This document shows positions 54,021 to 64,000 of a stretch of DNA of 64,000 nt, in pieces. Within the stretch, counting starts at the first letter, position 1, and each line of letters opens with the position of its first letter. The notes under the pieces are model-generated. The model saw only the letters and a list, made by a program, of their open reading frames with translations, ran no database searches and had not been told where the DNA came from. Source of the stretch: a virus; the IMG/VR virus record IMGVR_UViG_3300021478_000015, positions 64,001 to 128,000 of that record; one strand, given 5' to 3'. The position numbers and the translations under genes are program-made.

Positions 54021-55634
54021 ATGGCGCTGTATCCGCCGCTGTGGATGCAGGAGGGCACCTATCCGGCCAACCTGGACCGGTTCTTCATCCAGGACGCCCT
54101 GGGACCCGGCCCAGCCCTTCTGAGTGGCTCTGGAGCCCTCCAGGTGACCCAACGGGCCGCCGGGACCAATATGTCGGTGGACGTGGCTGCAGGGCGAGCT
54201 TTGATCCCCGGCACCGACATCGCCAACCAGGGGGCCTACACCATCTGGTCCGACACCGTGGTCAACGTGCCCATCGCCGTCGCGCCGGGGGTGGGCACCG
54301 CCCGTATCGATCTGATCGTGGCTCAGGTTCGCGACGACTTCGTCATCGGTGGAGGCCGCAGCGACTTCGTCATCGTCCCCATCCAGGGCACCGCCGCTGT
54401 CACTGGTTCGCAGGTAGCTCCGGCCGTTCCATCTAGCACCTTGGTCTTGGCCCAGATCCTGGTCGGATCCAATGTTCCGGCCATCCTCAACTCCTTCATC
54501 ACCGACGTGCGGCCTTATGCCCGTGCCGCGAACACCCAGCTACTGGTCAGCCGTCCCCTGGCCTCTCTGATCACGGCGGGGTCGCCTTACACGGTCAACC
54601 ACAACCTGAACACCACCAGCCTGATCGTGGATATCTGGGACACGGTGACCAATCAGCGCATCATGGCCAACGTGGCCATCGTGGACGCCAACAACATCTC
54701 GGTGTCGGTGACCCAGAACGCCCCCAACCCGGTCAACGTGGTCATCATGGGCACCTCGGTGGCCCCCACCATGGTGTTGCCCTCGAACCTGGCCACCGTC
54801 CAGTACGTCCAGCAGCAACTGACCCAGGCGTACAACTTCGCCTTCATGCAGACCATTGCTTCGCCCACGGCCGCGGGCTCGCCTTACAGCATCGCCCACA
54901 ACCTCAATACCACCAACGTCTTTGTCGAGATCTGGGACGCCGTCACCAACCAGCTTGTGATGACTCAGATCAACATCGTGGATGTCAATCACATCTCGAT
55001 CACAGTGGCTCAGAACATGCCCAACTCCATCAACGTGGTGGTCATGGGCGTGGGTAATGCCCCTCTGCCACTCAACCCCTCTAACACCGCCACCAAGCAG
55101 TATGTCGATTCTAAGACGCCCACTCTTCCGGCTGCGGTTACCACTGGTGCCACCATTCAGAGCTTCACCGATTCGTTGGGCGATGTGTGGGTGGCTCTCA
55201 ACGGTGTTAACGGTGGGAACTGGAGGCGAGCCCGTGATGTCTTGCACTCCGCCGTTTATCGCAATGCTGCCTGGACTACTTCCAATGCTAATACTCCAAT
55301 AGCCTTTGACACTGTTATTAAGGACGACTACGGCCTCTGGGTTTCTCCTAGCTGGACTGCGCCTGTAGCGGGGTGGTACGACATTTATGGTCAGTATGAG
55401 GCCACGCCTGCGGCTGCTGGTAACTTGTTTAACATCTTCATTGGTGCGGGCGTATCCGCATATCAGTCTACGTTTGCGAGGGCAGTCGAGACCACGGCGG
55501 CTCGAACTCATGCCTCTCTCTACTTGGCCGCGGGTGGACAGGGTCAAGTTGTCCTTCAAACCACGGCGGCCTACACAGGAAGCACTGGTAACCAGTCTAC
55601 TTGTGGCCGCTTTCACTATATGGGATCGGGCTGA
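54021..55634 (+). CDS. Tail fibre protein with C-terminal C1q-like adhesin module
   Basis: N-terminal LQV.QR.AG.NMSVDVAAG...RIDLIVAQVRD anchor; two HNLNT repeats; C-terminal module shared with six downstream genes. Confidence 0.75.
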   Translation: MALYPPLWMQEGTYPANLDRFFIQDALGPGPALLSGSGALQVTQRAAGTNMSVDVAAGRALIPGTDIANQGAYTIWSDTVVNVPIAVAPGVGTARIDLIVAQVRDDFVIGGGRSDFVIVPIQGTAAVTGSQVAPAVPSSTLVLAQILVGSNVPAILNSFITDVRPYARAANTQLLVSRPLASLITAGSPYTVNHNLNTTSLIVDIWDTVTNQRIMANVAIVDANNISVSVTQNAPNPVNVVIMGTSVAPTMVLPSNLATVQYVQQQLTQAYNFAFMQTIASPTAAGSPYSIAHNLNTTNVFVEIWDAVTNQLVMTQINIVDVNHISITVAQNMPNSINVVVMGVGNAPLPLNPSNTATKQYVDSKTPTLPAAVTTGATIQSFTDSLGDVWVALNGVNGGNWRRARDVLHSAVYRNAAWTTSNANTPIAFDTVIKDDYGLWVSPSWTAPVAGWYDIYGQYEATPAAAGNLFNIFIGAGVSAYQSTFARAVETTAARTHASLYLAAGGQGQVVLQTTAAYTGSTGNQSTCGRFHYMGSG

Positions 55635-56227
55635 TGTCGCTCATTCCCACCTACGCCCCTCCGGACAACCTTCCGGCTCCGCTCACATACGGCGGCATCC
55701 AGTCGTACACCGACATCTACGGCGACGTGTGGGTGGCCCTGGTCGGGGTCAATGGAGGAGCCTGGAGACGAGCCAAGGATGTCCTCTTCAGCCACGTCTA
55801 TCGCGTCGCTGCTCTGAACTTGACGGCTGGCGGTGCCACCACGCTTATGGATGGCACGATCTCGGACAACTATAGTCTGTACAATCCCGGCTTCCAAAGC
55901 GGAGTGGGTGCCTACATCATCCCGGTAGCAGGCTGGTACGAAGCTGTCCATCAAGTGGGAGGCACTGCCACTGCGGTCGGTCAGCAGATGGATGCTCGCA
56001 TCTATAACAACGGTGTTTTGATGAGCGTGGCCAGGGTGCATACCACGCTGGCCACCAGTTTCTCAGCCATAACAACGTACTTGGGCCTCTGCAATGTCAA
56101 TGACTACGTGCAGCCTTGGGACTACTGCAGCGCCACCATAGCGGCCATTGTGGGCTCGGGTACCCCGCCGAGCTTCGGTCCAGGGTACTGGACCTATTCC
56201 ATCCTTCGATACCGGGGGACGGGCTGA
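55634..56227 (+). CDS. Adhesin module paralog 1 (C1q-like)
   Basis: LPAP...IQS.TD..GDVWVA..GVNGG.W.RA.D plus PVAGWY; start 55634 (TGATG). Confidence 0.7.
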   Translation: MSLIPTYAPPDNLPAPLTYGGIQSYTDIYGDVWVALVGVNGGAWRRAKDVLFSHVYRVAALNLTAGGATTLMDGTISDNYSLYNPGFQSGVGAYIIPVAGWYEAVHQVGGTATAVGQQMDARIYNNGVLMSVARVHTTLATSFSAITTYLGLCNVNDYVQPWDYCSATIAAIVGSGTPPSFGPGYWTYSILRYRGTG

Positions 56228-56793
56228 TGAGCCTAATCCCCACTTACGCTATCCCCGACAGTCTTCCGCCTCCGGTTATCTCTGGTACCACCGTGCAGTC
56301 ATTCACCGACGTGTGGGGCGATGTGTGGATAGCCAAGAACGGGGTCTATGGAGGAGCTTGGAAACGGGCGCGGGACACCCTCTACGGCAAGTGGTATCGC
56401 AATGCTGCCTTCACGTTGCCAGCGGGGCAGGCCGCGGTCCCACTTGATAGCACTACCCGAGATCCCTACAGCATGTACACCAATCCTGCCGGTAGTGCTG
56501 CGTATCCGCCTATTTCAGGTCTGTATGACATTCTCTGGCAGGTTACGGCTAATGCTACTGCTAGCGGTCAGTGGGTACAACCTCGGTTTTTCATCAATGG
56601 TATGCTGATGGGTGTTTCTCAGTCTTATGCCTCTTCGGTTAACGCCTTTAGCAGTGTCATAAGCCAGCAGTTTGTTCTCCATGTGGGAGATTACATACAG
56701 TTCTACGACAACGCTAGTACTGCGTTGGCAGCAGGAGTAGGCGCTCCGGGTTACTGGACTTACGCCACCGTCGAGTACTACGGAACGGGGTGA
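56227..56793 (+). CDS. Adhesin module paralog 2
   Basis: Same conserved N-terminus; ends YYGTG; start 56227. Confidence 0.7.
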   Translation: MSLIPTYAIPDSLPPPVISGTTVQSFTDVWGDVWIAKNGVYGGAWKRARDTLYGKWYRNAAFTLPAGQAAVPLDSTTRDPYSMYTNPAGSAAYPPISGLYDILWQVTANATASGQWVQPRFFINGMLMGVSQSYASSVNAFSSVISQQFVLHVGDYIQFYDNASTALAAGVGAPGYWTYATVEYYGTG

Positions 56794-56797
56794 TGTC

Positions 56798-57346
56798 ATG
56801 AGCCTTGTTCCTGCCTATGCCATTCCTGATAATCTTCCGGCTCCCGTTACCTCGGGTGCCACCATCCAATCGTTCACCGATGTTTGGGGTGACGTATGGG
56901 TGGCCAAGAACGGTGTCAATGGTGGGAGATGGAAACGGGCACGCGACGCCATCTACGCCAAGTGGTTTCGTAATGCGGCCATTTCCATTGCTGGTGCCGC
57001 TGTTCTTACGCTGGATACTATGACCAAGGACGACTATGGCCTCTACTCTGCGGCGGCGTTCACCGTACCGGTAGCAGGCTGGTACGATGTCGTCTTTCAG
57101 CTAGCCGTCACGGCCACCGCTACGGGACAATGGTGTTCGGCTCGCATCAACGTCAACGCGGCCTTGCAAGGGATTATGCGAGCGCATTCTGGTGCGGCGG
57201 CCGCCATCTCGGCCACCTGCATCCAGCAGCTTGCTTTCAACGCTGGAGACACCGTGAACGCGGTGGCTGAGGCCAGCGTTTCATTGGCTTGTACGCCGTT
57301 GGTTTACTGGACCTACGCCACCTTGCAGTATCGGGGGACGGGCTGA
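56798..57346 (+). CDS. Adhesin module paralog 3
   Basis: Same conserved N-terminus; ends YRGTG. Confidence 0.7.
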   Translation: MSLVPAYAIPDNLPAPVTSGATIQSFTDVWGDVWVAKNGVNGGRWKRARDAIYAKWFRNAAISIAGAAVLTLDTMTKDDYGLYSAAAFTVPVAGWYDVVFQLAVTATATGQWCSARINVNAALQGIMRAHSGAAAAISATCIQQLAFNAGDTVNAVAEASVSLACTPLVYWTYATLQYRGTG

Positions 57347-57915
57347 TGACCATCCAGACCTACGCCCTCATCGATAACCTGCCGCCGCCGGTCACCTCGG
57401 GATCGGGCATCCAGAGCTTTACCGACGCCATGACCGGCGAGGTTTGGATCGCCAAGAACGGTGTCTACGGTGGAGCTTGGCGCAAGGCCCGAGATGTGGT
57501 GCATTTCCATACCTACCGTGCTGCTGCCTACAACTTGCCCACCGCGTCGGCTGTTATCGTTTTCGATACCCCTTGGCATGACACCTGGGGATTTTCTGCT
57601 GGATCTAACTACCAGTTTACGGCCTGGATCCCAGGCTTTTATCGTGTCTTTTCCTACCTGGAAGTCTCGGTAGCGGCAGCGGGTACTTATATCCAGATGA
57701 ACCTCATGCAGAACAACGCCACCAACTGGTCCAGCGACAACTATTTCACCAGCCGTGCCTCCGGTGGTCTGTGTGCCCGGACTCAAGCGCTTATGTATTT
57801 AAGCATAGGAGATCTTGTCAACCTCCATGCTTACCAGCCACAGGGTTACCCATGCATCGTCAGTGGGAGTCCTCCTCCCTGTCATCTTGAAGTCAGTTAT
57901 CTGGGTACCGGATGA
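57346..57915 (+). CDS. Adhesin module paralog 4
   Basis: Same conserved N-terminus; ends YLGTG; start 57346. Confidence 0.7.
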   Translation: MTIQTYALIDNLPPPVTSGSGIQSFTDAMTGEVWIAKNGVYGGAWRKARDVVHFHTYRAAAYNLPTASAVIVFDTPWHDTWGFSAGSNYQFTAWIPGFYRVFSYLEVSVAAAGTYIQMNLMQNNATNWSSDNYFTSRASGGLCARTQALMYLSIGDLVNLHAYQPQGYPCIVSGSPPPCHLEVSYLGTG

Positions 57916-58517
57916 CCATCCAGGCTTATACCGGCGCTGAACTCAACATCCTGCCACCCCCGGTGACCACGGGTGGCATCCAGAGCTTCCTGGACCTCTA
58001 CAGAGAGCTTTGGATAGCAAAACCTGGCGTTAACGGAGGCAACTGGAGGAAGGCTCGCGATGTCCTCCACGCCTCGGTGTACCGTAATGCGGCTCTTGTT
58101 GCTCCCACGGCTAACTCCGTTTTTCCGGCTGACACCGTTATTCGTGACCCGTATGGCATCTGGGTTGGCAGCCCCACCTACGCGTTTGTGTTGCCAGTGG
58201 CGGGCAGTGTTTCAGGTGCGGTATACCCGGCCAGTTGGTGGCGCTTCGCCTTCCACTGGGTCTTGCAATCAGCGACCAGCCCCAACTATGTCGGCTGCCA
58301 GATCTTCCAGAACGGTTCGGGCGTCACCCAGGACAACATGATCATGAATCAAACCTCAGCCGGTAACTGTTCGGCCCGGACGCAGTACATGGGTCTTGGC
58401 TCGGCTAATGACACGTTTCAAGCGTATTATTCGTCCAGTGTTGCCAGCTTGAATGTCTATACTGGTCCGTCTATAAATACCTTCTCCTGCGCCTTCATGG
58501 GATTGTTCTTCGGATGA
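57912..58517 (+). CDS. Adhesin module paralog 5
   Basis: LPPPVT.GGIQSF.D...ELWIAK.GVNGG.WRKARD. Confidence 0.7.
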   Translation: MTIQAYTGAELNILPPPVTTGGIQSFLDLYRELWIAKPGVNGGNWRKARDVLHASVYRNAALVAPTANSVFPADTVIRDPYGIWVGSPTYAFVLPVAGSVSGAVYPASWWRFAFHWVLQSATSPNYVGCQIFQNGSGVTQDNMIMNQTSAGNCSARTQYMGLGSANDTFQAYYSSSVASLNVYTGPSINTFSCAFMGLFFG

Positions 58518-59074
58518 GCATTAACACGGGTGTTCCCGTCAATGGTTTCCCTCCTCCTTGGACGGCCTCGAACGTTGTTCAGTCTTACGTCGATCCATGG
58601 GGCGAAGTATGGGTGGCTAGAAGCAGTGTGGCCGGTGGCCAGTGGGGCAGAGCGCGTGATTGGCTACACGCTGTCATATATCGCAACGCCGCTTACACCA
58701 TGCCCACGTCACAGACCGTTATTCCCTATGACACTCAACTGGCTGACAACTTTGGTCTGTACACTGTCTCTCCCACTTACGGTTTCACCGTTCCGATAGC
58801 AGGCTGGTATTGGGTCCAGGCCACCTGTAATGGCAACTGCAATGCCACCGGGCAGTACATCCAGGGCAGTATCTTTCAAAACAGCACCGGTATCACCAAT
58901 GAGAACAGCATCACTTCTCTTACTGGCGGCGGGTTGTCCTGGCGCACCTGGAATGATGTGTTTTGTGCAGCCGGGGACAAGATCAACGCGCAGGCTTACA
59001 ACCCCACTGGATTGGCGGCCCAGGTGGGTCAGTCGAATACTCGACTAGAGATCTCATACATCGGTACTGGCTAG
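58514..59074 (+). CDS. Adhesin module paralog 6
   Basis: VQSYVDPWGEVWVA...GG.W.RARD; ends YIGTG. Confidence 0.7.
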   Translation: MSINTGVPVNGFPPPWTASNVVQSYVDPWGEVWVARSSVAGGQWGRARDWLHAVIYRNAAYTMPTSQTVIPYDTQLADNFGLYTVSPTYGFTVPIAGWYWVQATCNGNCNATGQYIQGSIFQNSTGITNENSITSLTGGGLSWRTWNDVFCAAGDKINAQAYNPTGLAAQVGQSNTRLEISYIGTG

Positions 59075-59082
59075 GAGAGCCC

Positions 59083-59424
59083 ATGAGCTACCAGACCCAA
59101 GCCCTGCTCAACGAGGACTCGGATTTCACCGGGCGGCGTTGTCGCTCCTGCCTGTTTCAGAAGGCGTCGGAGGTCTATCAGGAGGCCGGATCGGCCTCCG
59201 ATGTCCAGGCCCTGTCCAGCGCCTTGCTGAAGGACGACCCGGCTCCTCTGAGCGCCTTCCTGCGGGCCATTTGTGCCGCTCCGGGATTTGCCGACATGGT
59301 GGACAACGGGGATGGCACCATCGACCAGTCCAAGATCTCCGACGAGGATCTCCTGGCCGCGGTGACCGAGCTTTATCCCGTCATCGCCACGTTGTTCTTC
59401 ACCAGCGATGGCACTCCGGTCTGA
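59083..59424 (+). CDS. Hypothetical protein (possible fibre chaperone)
   Basis: AGGAG SD site; MSY.TQA.L..D.DF..R...I.D..LLAAV motif; follows the fibre genes. Confidence 0.55.
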   Translation: MSYQTQALLNEDSDFTGRRCRSCLFQKASEVYQEAGSASDVQALSSALLKDDPAPLSAFLRAICAAPGFADMVDNGDGTIDQSKISDEDLLAAVTELYPVIATLFFTSDGTPV

Positions 59425-59449
59425 TCGAATGTAGGTGGTGATTTAGCTC

Positions 59450-62400
59450 ATGCCTGGCGGCCGTGTTTACAGCCTCACCTTCAATCGTAACTACGGCCCG
59501 CCGGTAGACGTTGGGATAGCCCCTTTAGCGGCCTCGGCCGGGATGACCATCGGGGCCACCGTCACCGAGATCGCAGCGGTGGCCATGGCGGGTTCGGCGG
59601 CCCTGCAGGTGGCCAGTACCACGCTGGTCGCAGGCAGCAAGATGGCCACGCTCACCGACGCCTTCACCACGGCCGGAGCCCCCGATTCCACCAAGTGGTT
59701 GCCCTACGCCAGTGCCGGGGTCACGGTGGCCAACTCGGGCGGAGCGTTGAGCGTCAGCCTGCCCGCCAATGCCGCCATAGGCGTCGGCGGGGGGATCTAC
59801 TCCGGCACCGCGGCCCAGCCCAACGGGAGCTACTACGACCTGACCGAGAGCTACGCCCTGTTCCAGATGACCAGCGCCGGGAACCAGGCTGACACCACCC
59901 ATCAGGCCCTGGTCACCTTCATGCTCTACGACCAGGACGGCAACGACTTTGGCTGGGCCGTCCAGGGCAACCAGATCTTCTGGCTGGACCAGGACGGCGT
60001 CCATCAGAATCCCCAGCCCTACAACGCCGCCACCTATCAGTGGTTGCGGATCCGCGAGCACGCCGGGACCACCTATTTCGACTACAGCGCGAACGGCAAC
60101 ATCTGGTCGAACTTCGCCGCCGTCCCGGACAGCACCTGGATCTATCCACCCCGGTACCTGCAGCCCACCTTTCAGTTCGACTCGCAGGCGGGCTCGGGGC
60201 TGGTGGCCCAGAGCGCCACCTTCGACAACTTCAACCTGCCTCCGGCCGCGGCCGTGCCTATGTCAGGGACCGCCGGGATGACCATCGGTGGGGCCGTCAC
60301 CAAGGTGGCGGCGACCTCCTTGGCCGCTACTGCCGGGATGACCGTAACCCCGGCGACGGCGACCGTAACGGCCTCCGTCTTTGCTCCCACCCATCTGCTG
60401 ACCGCCGCCGATGCGGACTTCGAGACCGGCGTGGGCTCCTGGGCTCCCCTCCAATACTGCAATGTGGCCCAGACCACGGCCGTGGCCCATACCGGCTCGG
60501 GAGCGCTGGCCATCACCTCGACAACGGCCACCTCGGGGCTCACCGCTTGGCCGACGCGCTACGCCGTTACCCCCGGCCAGATCTACAAGGCCAGCTTCTG
60601 GGCCATGGCCGCCACCAACGCCCGCAACGTGCAATGCCAACTGGTCTTCTACGACGCCAGTCTGGCGGTGATCGCAGGCTCGGGCGGCACCGCCACCATG
60701 GGCGATCAGGTGGGCTCCTGGAATCAGTTCGGGGCTCCACCGATAGCGGTCGCTCCACCCAACGCGGTCTATGCCGCGGTGCTGTTTGTTGGCTTCGGGG
60801 CGATTCCCGTCAACGAAGTCCACTACATCGACACCGTCACCCTTGATCAGCAACCGGGGGGTGTGGCCGCTCTGACGGTCGGGGCCATCGACATCACGGG
60901 TTCTCCCGATCTGCTATCGGCGGAGTCGTCTGGGTTCGAGGGCGGCACCACCGGTAACTGGAGTGGCACCGGGGGGCTGACGCTCACCAACATCACCTCG
61001 CAGGCCCATTCGGGCACTCACGCCCTGCAGATCTCCGCCACTCAGCCTGTCGGGACGGTCCAGGCCAAGCAGTCCACAACCATCCCGGTGACCCCTGGCT
61101 CGGCCTATGTCTTCAGCGGCTGGGCCATGGCCGGTTCGGCTTCGCTCACATCCGCCTTTTTACAGATCTCTTGGCTGACGGCGGCTCAGGCTCCGATCAG
61201 TACGACCAACGGAGTATCCACGCCGATCTCGACCTCGGCATGGGCATATCTGACCGTTAGTGATGTCGCTCCACCTACCGCGGCCTATGCTCAAATACAG
61301 ATCAACTGGCCGGTCACATCCGCCAATCTACCGATTTACTGGGATGACTTTAGCTTCGCCTCGGTACTGGTCAGCATGGGCGCAGTCAATGTGCTGGCCA
61401 CCGACGACTCGACCTTCGAGGGCGGCACCGCTGGATCCTGGATCAATGTGTCCGGTACCACCGTGGCTAATACTACCGCGGTGGCCTCAAGTGGTACTCA
61501 TGCTCTTGCTATCACCGCCACCGGTACCGGGGGTGGCCAGATTTCGACATCACATACGCTTTATCCAGCCATTGCTGGGGTTAGTTACACGGCCAGTTTG
61601 GATTCTCAGGCGGCGACGATTCCTCGGGTTGTTTCTTGTATATTGAACTTCTACAACAATGCGGGAGGTTTTCTAGGTTCTTATACCAGTCCGCAACTCC
61701 CAGATAATACCTGGGTCAGGGTAACCGTATCGGGTGTTGCTCTGGCGAATACTGCCTATGTGGGAGTAGGTTGGAATAATAACAACAATGTCAGTGTCAA
61801 TGGCGAAGTCCATTACATCGACAATGTCAGCCTTTATCAGACGGCTGGTGCGCTAGCCAAACTGAGCATAACGCCAACGGTCAAAGAGGTCGCCACTGTT
61901 GCTCAGTCGGGCACGGCGGGGTTGAGCATCGATACCTCGGTCACCGAAGTGGCTACGGCTCCTCTGAGCGCCAATGCCAGTCTGGCGGTGAGTGGTGCTC
62001 AGGTCACCGAAGTGGCCGCGGCTCCATTGGCCGCTTCGGCAGGCATGTTCGTGGCCACCACCGGCCTGCAGGTGGCCAGCATCACCCTGGCCGGAGGCGC
62101 AACGCTCAACATCAGTGGCCTCTTGACCGAGACCGCCAGCGTGGCCGAGGCGGCCAACGCCAGCATGGTCGTCACCGTCGCCTCCAAGACCATCACCGGC
62201 ACCCCCATCCTGGGCTTGGCCCTCAACGTGCTGGTGGGCGACGACTCCTCCTTCGAGAGCGGCAGCACCGGCACCTGGCAAGGCCAGAACACCACCGTGG
62301 CCAACACCACTGCCGTGGCCCAGAGCGGCACCCACTCCCTGGCCATCACCGCCACCACCACCTCGGGGGGCTCGGCCTCCACGGCCTGGAACCTCTACCC

Positions 62401-64000
62401 GGCTATCGCGGGCAATACCTACGCCGCCAACCTGGGCTCGCTGGCGGCCACCACGCCCCGCAGCTTCATGGTCCAGATCGTTTTCTTCGACGCTGGATCG
62501 AACGTGGTGGGCTCACTCAACGGGGTACCCGCCACCAATCAGACCGGCTCTACCTGGACCATCGCCTCCGCCCAGGGAGTGGCTCCAGCGGGCTCGGTCT
62601 GGATGGCGGTCTACTGGCGCAACAACACGGGCGTGAGCGCCATAGGCGAGGTTCACTACATCGACCTCGTCGTCCTGAAGCAGAACTTCGGGGCGGTGGC
62701 CGGACTCAGCATCGGCACCCCGGTCATCTCCAGGACCGCCTCCGTCCCTCTGGCCGCCACCACGGGCATGGCCATTGGAGGCAAGGTCTCCGAGGTTGCA
62801 TCCGTCCCTCTGGTCGGGAGCGCAGCCCTCACGGTCATACCCGTATGGCCGAAGGTGGAGGTGCTGAGGGATGCCTTCAATGTGAATGGCCCACCAGATC
62901 CGACCAAGTGGGTCATGTATGCCCCGTCTGGTCCGGATCCCGCGGCTGGTGGCGCTGATATTCCCACCGTGGTCAACCAGCAAGTGCAGTGGACGACCGG
63001 TGGTTATTACACGGGATTAGCTTCGGCCCAACCATACACCTTGATCGAGAGTCACATACTCTTCAATCTGGTCAACGCTGGAGACCAAAGTGTTAGCAGT
63101 GACTTGGAACTCTATTTGATGATGACCAACCGGGTACACAATCCGACCCTCTACAACGAGATTAACTGGTACATCAACGAAGGGAAGATCTACTCCAGCG
63201 TCTATGTCAACAACAACCAAGTACCCTGCGGTCCACCAGGAGGCGTCACCTTCGATCCGGTGGCGCATGCCTGGTTACGGTTTCGGGAGACGGGCGGCAC
63301 GATCTACTTTGACACCTCGGCGGATGGGCTTGTCTGGACCAACTTCGCCAGCACTCCTGACATACCTGAGGTAGCCCAACTCAACCTACTTCTCCAAGCC
63401 GGTACCTGGAGCTATCCCTCAACCCATAACGCGGTTGTCGCCTTTGACAACGTCAATAATCCACCTCCAGTTCTCGGTGGAGTACAGCAGTCGGCTACCT
63501 CGGGCCTGAGCATGACCGTTCAGAGCACCTTCTTGGCCTCGATGGATCTGGAGGCCGATGCCTACCTGAACGTCAAGTTCAAGGCCAATACTCTCCAGGA
63601 CAACTTCAACAGCGGAGTGCTTGATCCAAACAAGTGGTGGTTTGATGACGTAAGCGACGGCTATGGCGGCAAGGTCCAGATCGTCAATGGACAGGTCAAC
63701 ATCTCCACTGATCTCACCGCCTCGTATCCTGACCTGGAGGCCATGGGTGGTTACGATCTCACCGAGTCGAATATCACGCTTGAACTGGCCAGCGCCGGTA
63801 ATCAGAACCTGGCCTCATTGCAAGTGTGGATCATCGATGCCGGAGCAGGATGGTTCCTGCAGAACAATACTCTTACGGCTTATCTGGGCAATGTAACCGA
63901 AGTTGGTAATCCGCCTTACGGTCCTCGTTGGACTGGTGCTTACAATCCGGCTGTCCATAAGTGGTTTCGGGTGCGAGAAACGAGTGGCACGCTCTATTGG
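59450..64000 (+). CDS. Large lectin/CBM-repeat virion protein (>1517 aa, runs off the window; absent from ORF track)
   Basis: ATG 59450; the same frame reads ...KWFRVRETSGTLYW at the window end. Three ConA-like repeats and four CBM4/9-like repeats (FE.G..G.W...A.SG..AL.I) joined by Ala/Thr-rich spacers. Confidence 0.75.
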   Translation, partial: MPGGRVYSLTFNRNYGPPVDVGIAPLAASAGMTIGATVTEIAAVAMAGSAALQVASTTLVAGSKMATLTDAFTTAGAPDSTKWLPYASAGVTVANSGGALSVSLPANAAIGVGGGIYSGTAAQPNGSYYDLTESYALFQMTSAGNQADTTHQALVTFMLYDQDGNDFGWAVQGNQIFWLDQDGVHQNPQPYNAATYQWLRIREHAGTTYFDYSANGNIWSNFAAVPDSTWIYPPRYLQPTFQFDSQAGSGLVAQSATFDNFNLPPAAAVPMSGTAGMTIGGAVTKVAATSLAATAGMTVTPATATVTASVFAPTHLLTAADADFETGVGSWAPLQYCNVAQTTAVAHTGSGALAITSTTATSGLTAWPTRYAVTPGQIYKASFWAMAATNARNVQCQLVFYDASLAVIAGSGGTATMGDQVGSWNQFGAPPIAVAPPNAVYAAVLFVGFGAIPVNEVHYIDTVTLDQQPGGVAALTVGAIDITGSPDLLSAESSGFEGGTTGNWSGTGGLTLTNITSQAHSGTHALQISATQPVGTVQAKQSTTIPVTPGSAYVFSGWAMAGSASLTSAFLQISWLTAAQAPISTTNGVSTPISTSAWAYLTVSDVAPPTAAYAQIQINWPVTSANLPIYWDDFSFASVLVSMGAVNVLATDDSTFEGGTAGSWINVSGTTVANTTAVASSGTHALAITATGTGGGQISTSHTLYPAIAGVSYTASLDSQAATIPRVVSCILNFYNNAGGFLGSYTSPQLPDNTWVRVTVSGVALANTAYVGVGWNNNNNVSVNGEVHYIDNVSLYQTAGALAKLSITPTVKEVATVAQSGTAGLSIDTSVTEVATAPLSANASLAVSGAQVTEVAAAPLAASAGMFVATTGLQVASITLAGGATLNISGLLTETASVAEAANASMVVTVASKTITGTPILGLALNVLVGDDSSFESGSTGTWQGQNTTVANTTAVAQSGTHSLAITATTTSGGSASTAWNLYPAIAGNTYAANLGSLAATTPRSFMVQIVFFDAGSNVVGSLNGVPATNQTGSTWTIASAQGVAPAGSVWMAVYWRNNTGVSAIGEVHYIDLVVLKQNFGAVAGLSIGTPVISRTASVPLAATTGMAIGGKVSEVASVPLVGSAALTVIPVWPKVEVLRDAFNVNGPPDPTKWVMYAPSGPDPAAGGADIPTVVNQQVQWTTGGYYTGLASAQPYTLIESHILFNLVNAGDQSVSSDLELYLMMTNRVHNPTLYNEINWYINEGKIYSSVYVNNNQVPCGPPGGVTFDPVAHAWLRFRETGGTIYFDTSADGLVWTNFASTPDIPEVAQLNLLLQAGTWSYPSTHNAVVAFDNVNNPPPVLGGVQQSATSGLSMTVQSTFLASMDLEADAYLNVKFKANTLQDNFNSGVLDPNKWWFDDVSDGYGGKVQIVNGQVNISTDLTASYPDLEAMGGYDLTESNITLELASAGNQNLASLQVWIIDAGAGWFLQNNTLTAYLGNVTEVGNPPYGPRWTGAYNPAVHKWFRVRETSGTLYW

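Noticed and set aside
54021-59074. Diversity-generating retroelement or invertase shufflon behind the adhesin array
   Set aside because: No reverse transcriptase or recombinase in the window, no near-identical TR/VR pair differing only at adenines, and all modules are co-oriented with their own starts.
59491-63896. Short ORFs listed in the track for this region
   Set aside because: All overlap the single long plus-strand frame starting at 59450, which was not called because it has no stop within the window.

Overview
This 64-kb window is part of a large, GC-rich actinobacterial tailed-phage genome. The portal, prohead protease and major capsid protein resemble, from recall and not a search, those of Bxz1/cluster-C-type myoviruses. 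Layout: (i) 1-10.2 kb holds the portal (5'-truncated), a 1476-aa multidomain head protein and three paralogous fibre-like genes. (ii) About 10.2-34 kb is an accessory island of small overlapping ORFs driven by a repeated sigmaA-like leaderless promoter. It includes an amidase endolysin, two sortase-anchored surface proteins and a gene with an in-frame TGA followed by a SECIS-like hairpin. (iii) 34-48 kb holds a 3116-aa prohead protease fused to about 20 effector-like domains (about 8 ADP-ribosyltransferase-fold, 2 ParB/Srx, Nudix, 2 GNAT-like, 2 papain-like) separated by a repeated GLxxF(V/I/L)A linker, then scaffold, decoration and major capsid genes. (iv) 48-64 kb holds minor virion genes, a tandem array of seven homologous C1q-like adhesin modules, and a >1500-aa lectin/CBM repeat ORF that runs off the window and is missing from the ORF track. 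A second exactly spaced motif (CCTGTC-N11-CAG-N5-CGAAG-NNNTGA) precedes structural genes and is a likely late promoter. All family assignments come from reading motifs by eye; no database searches were run.
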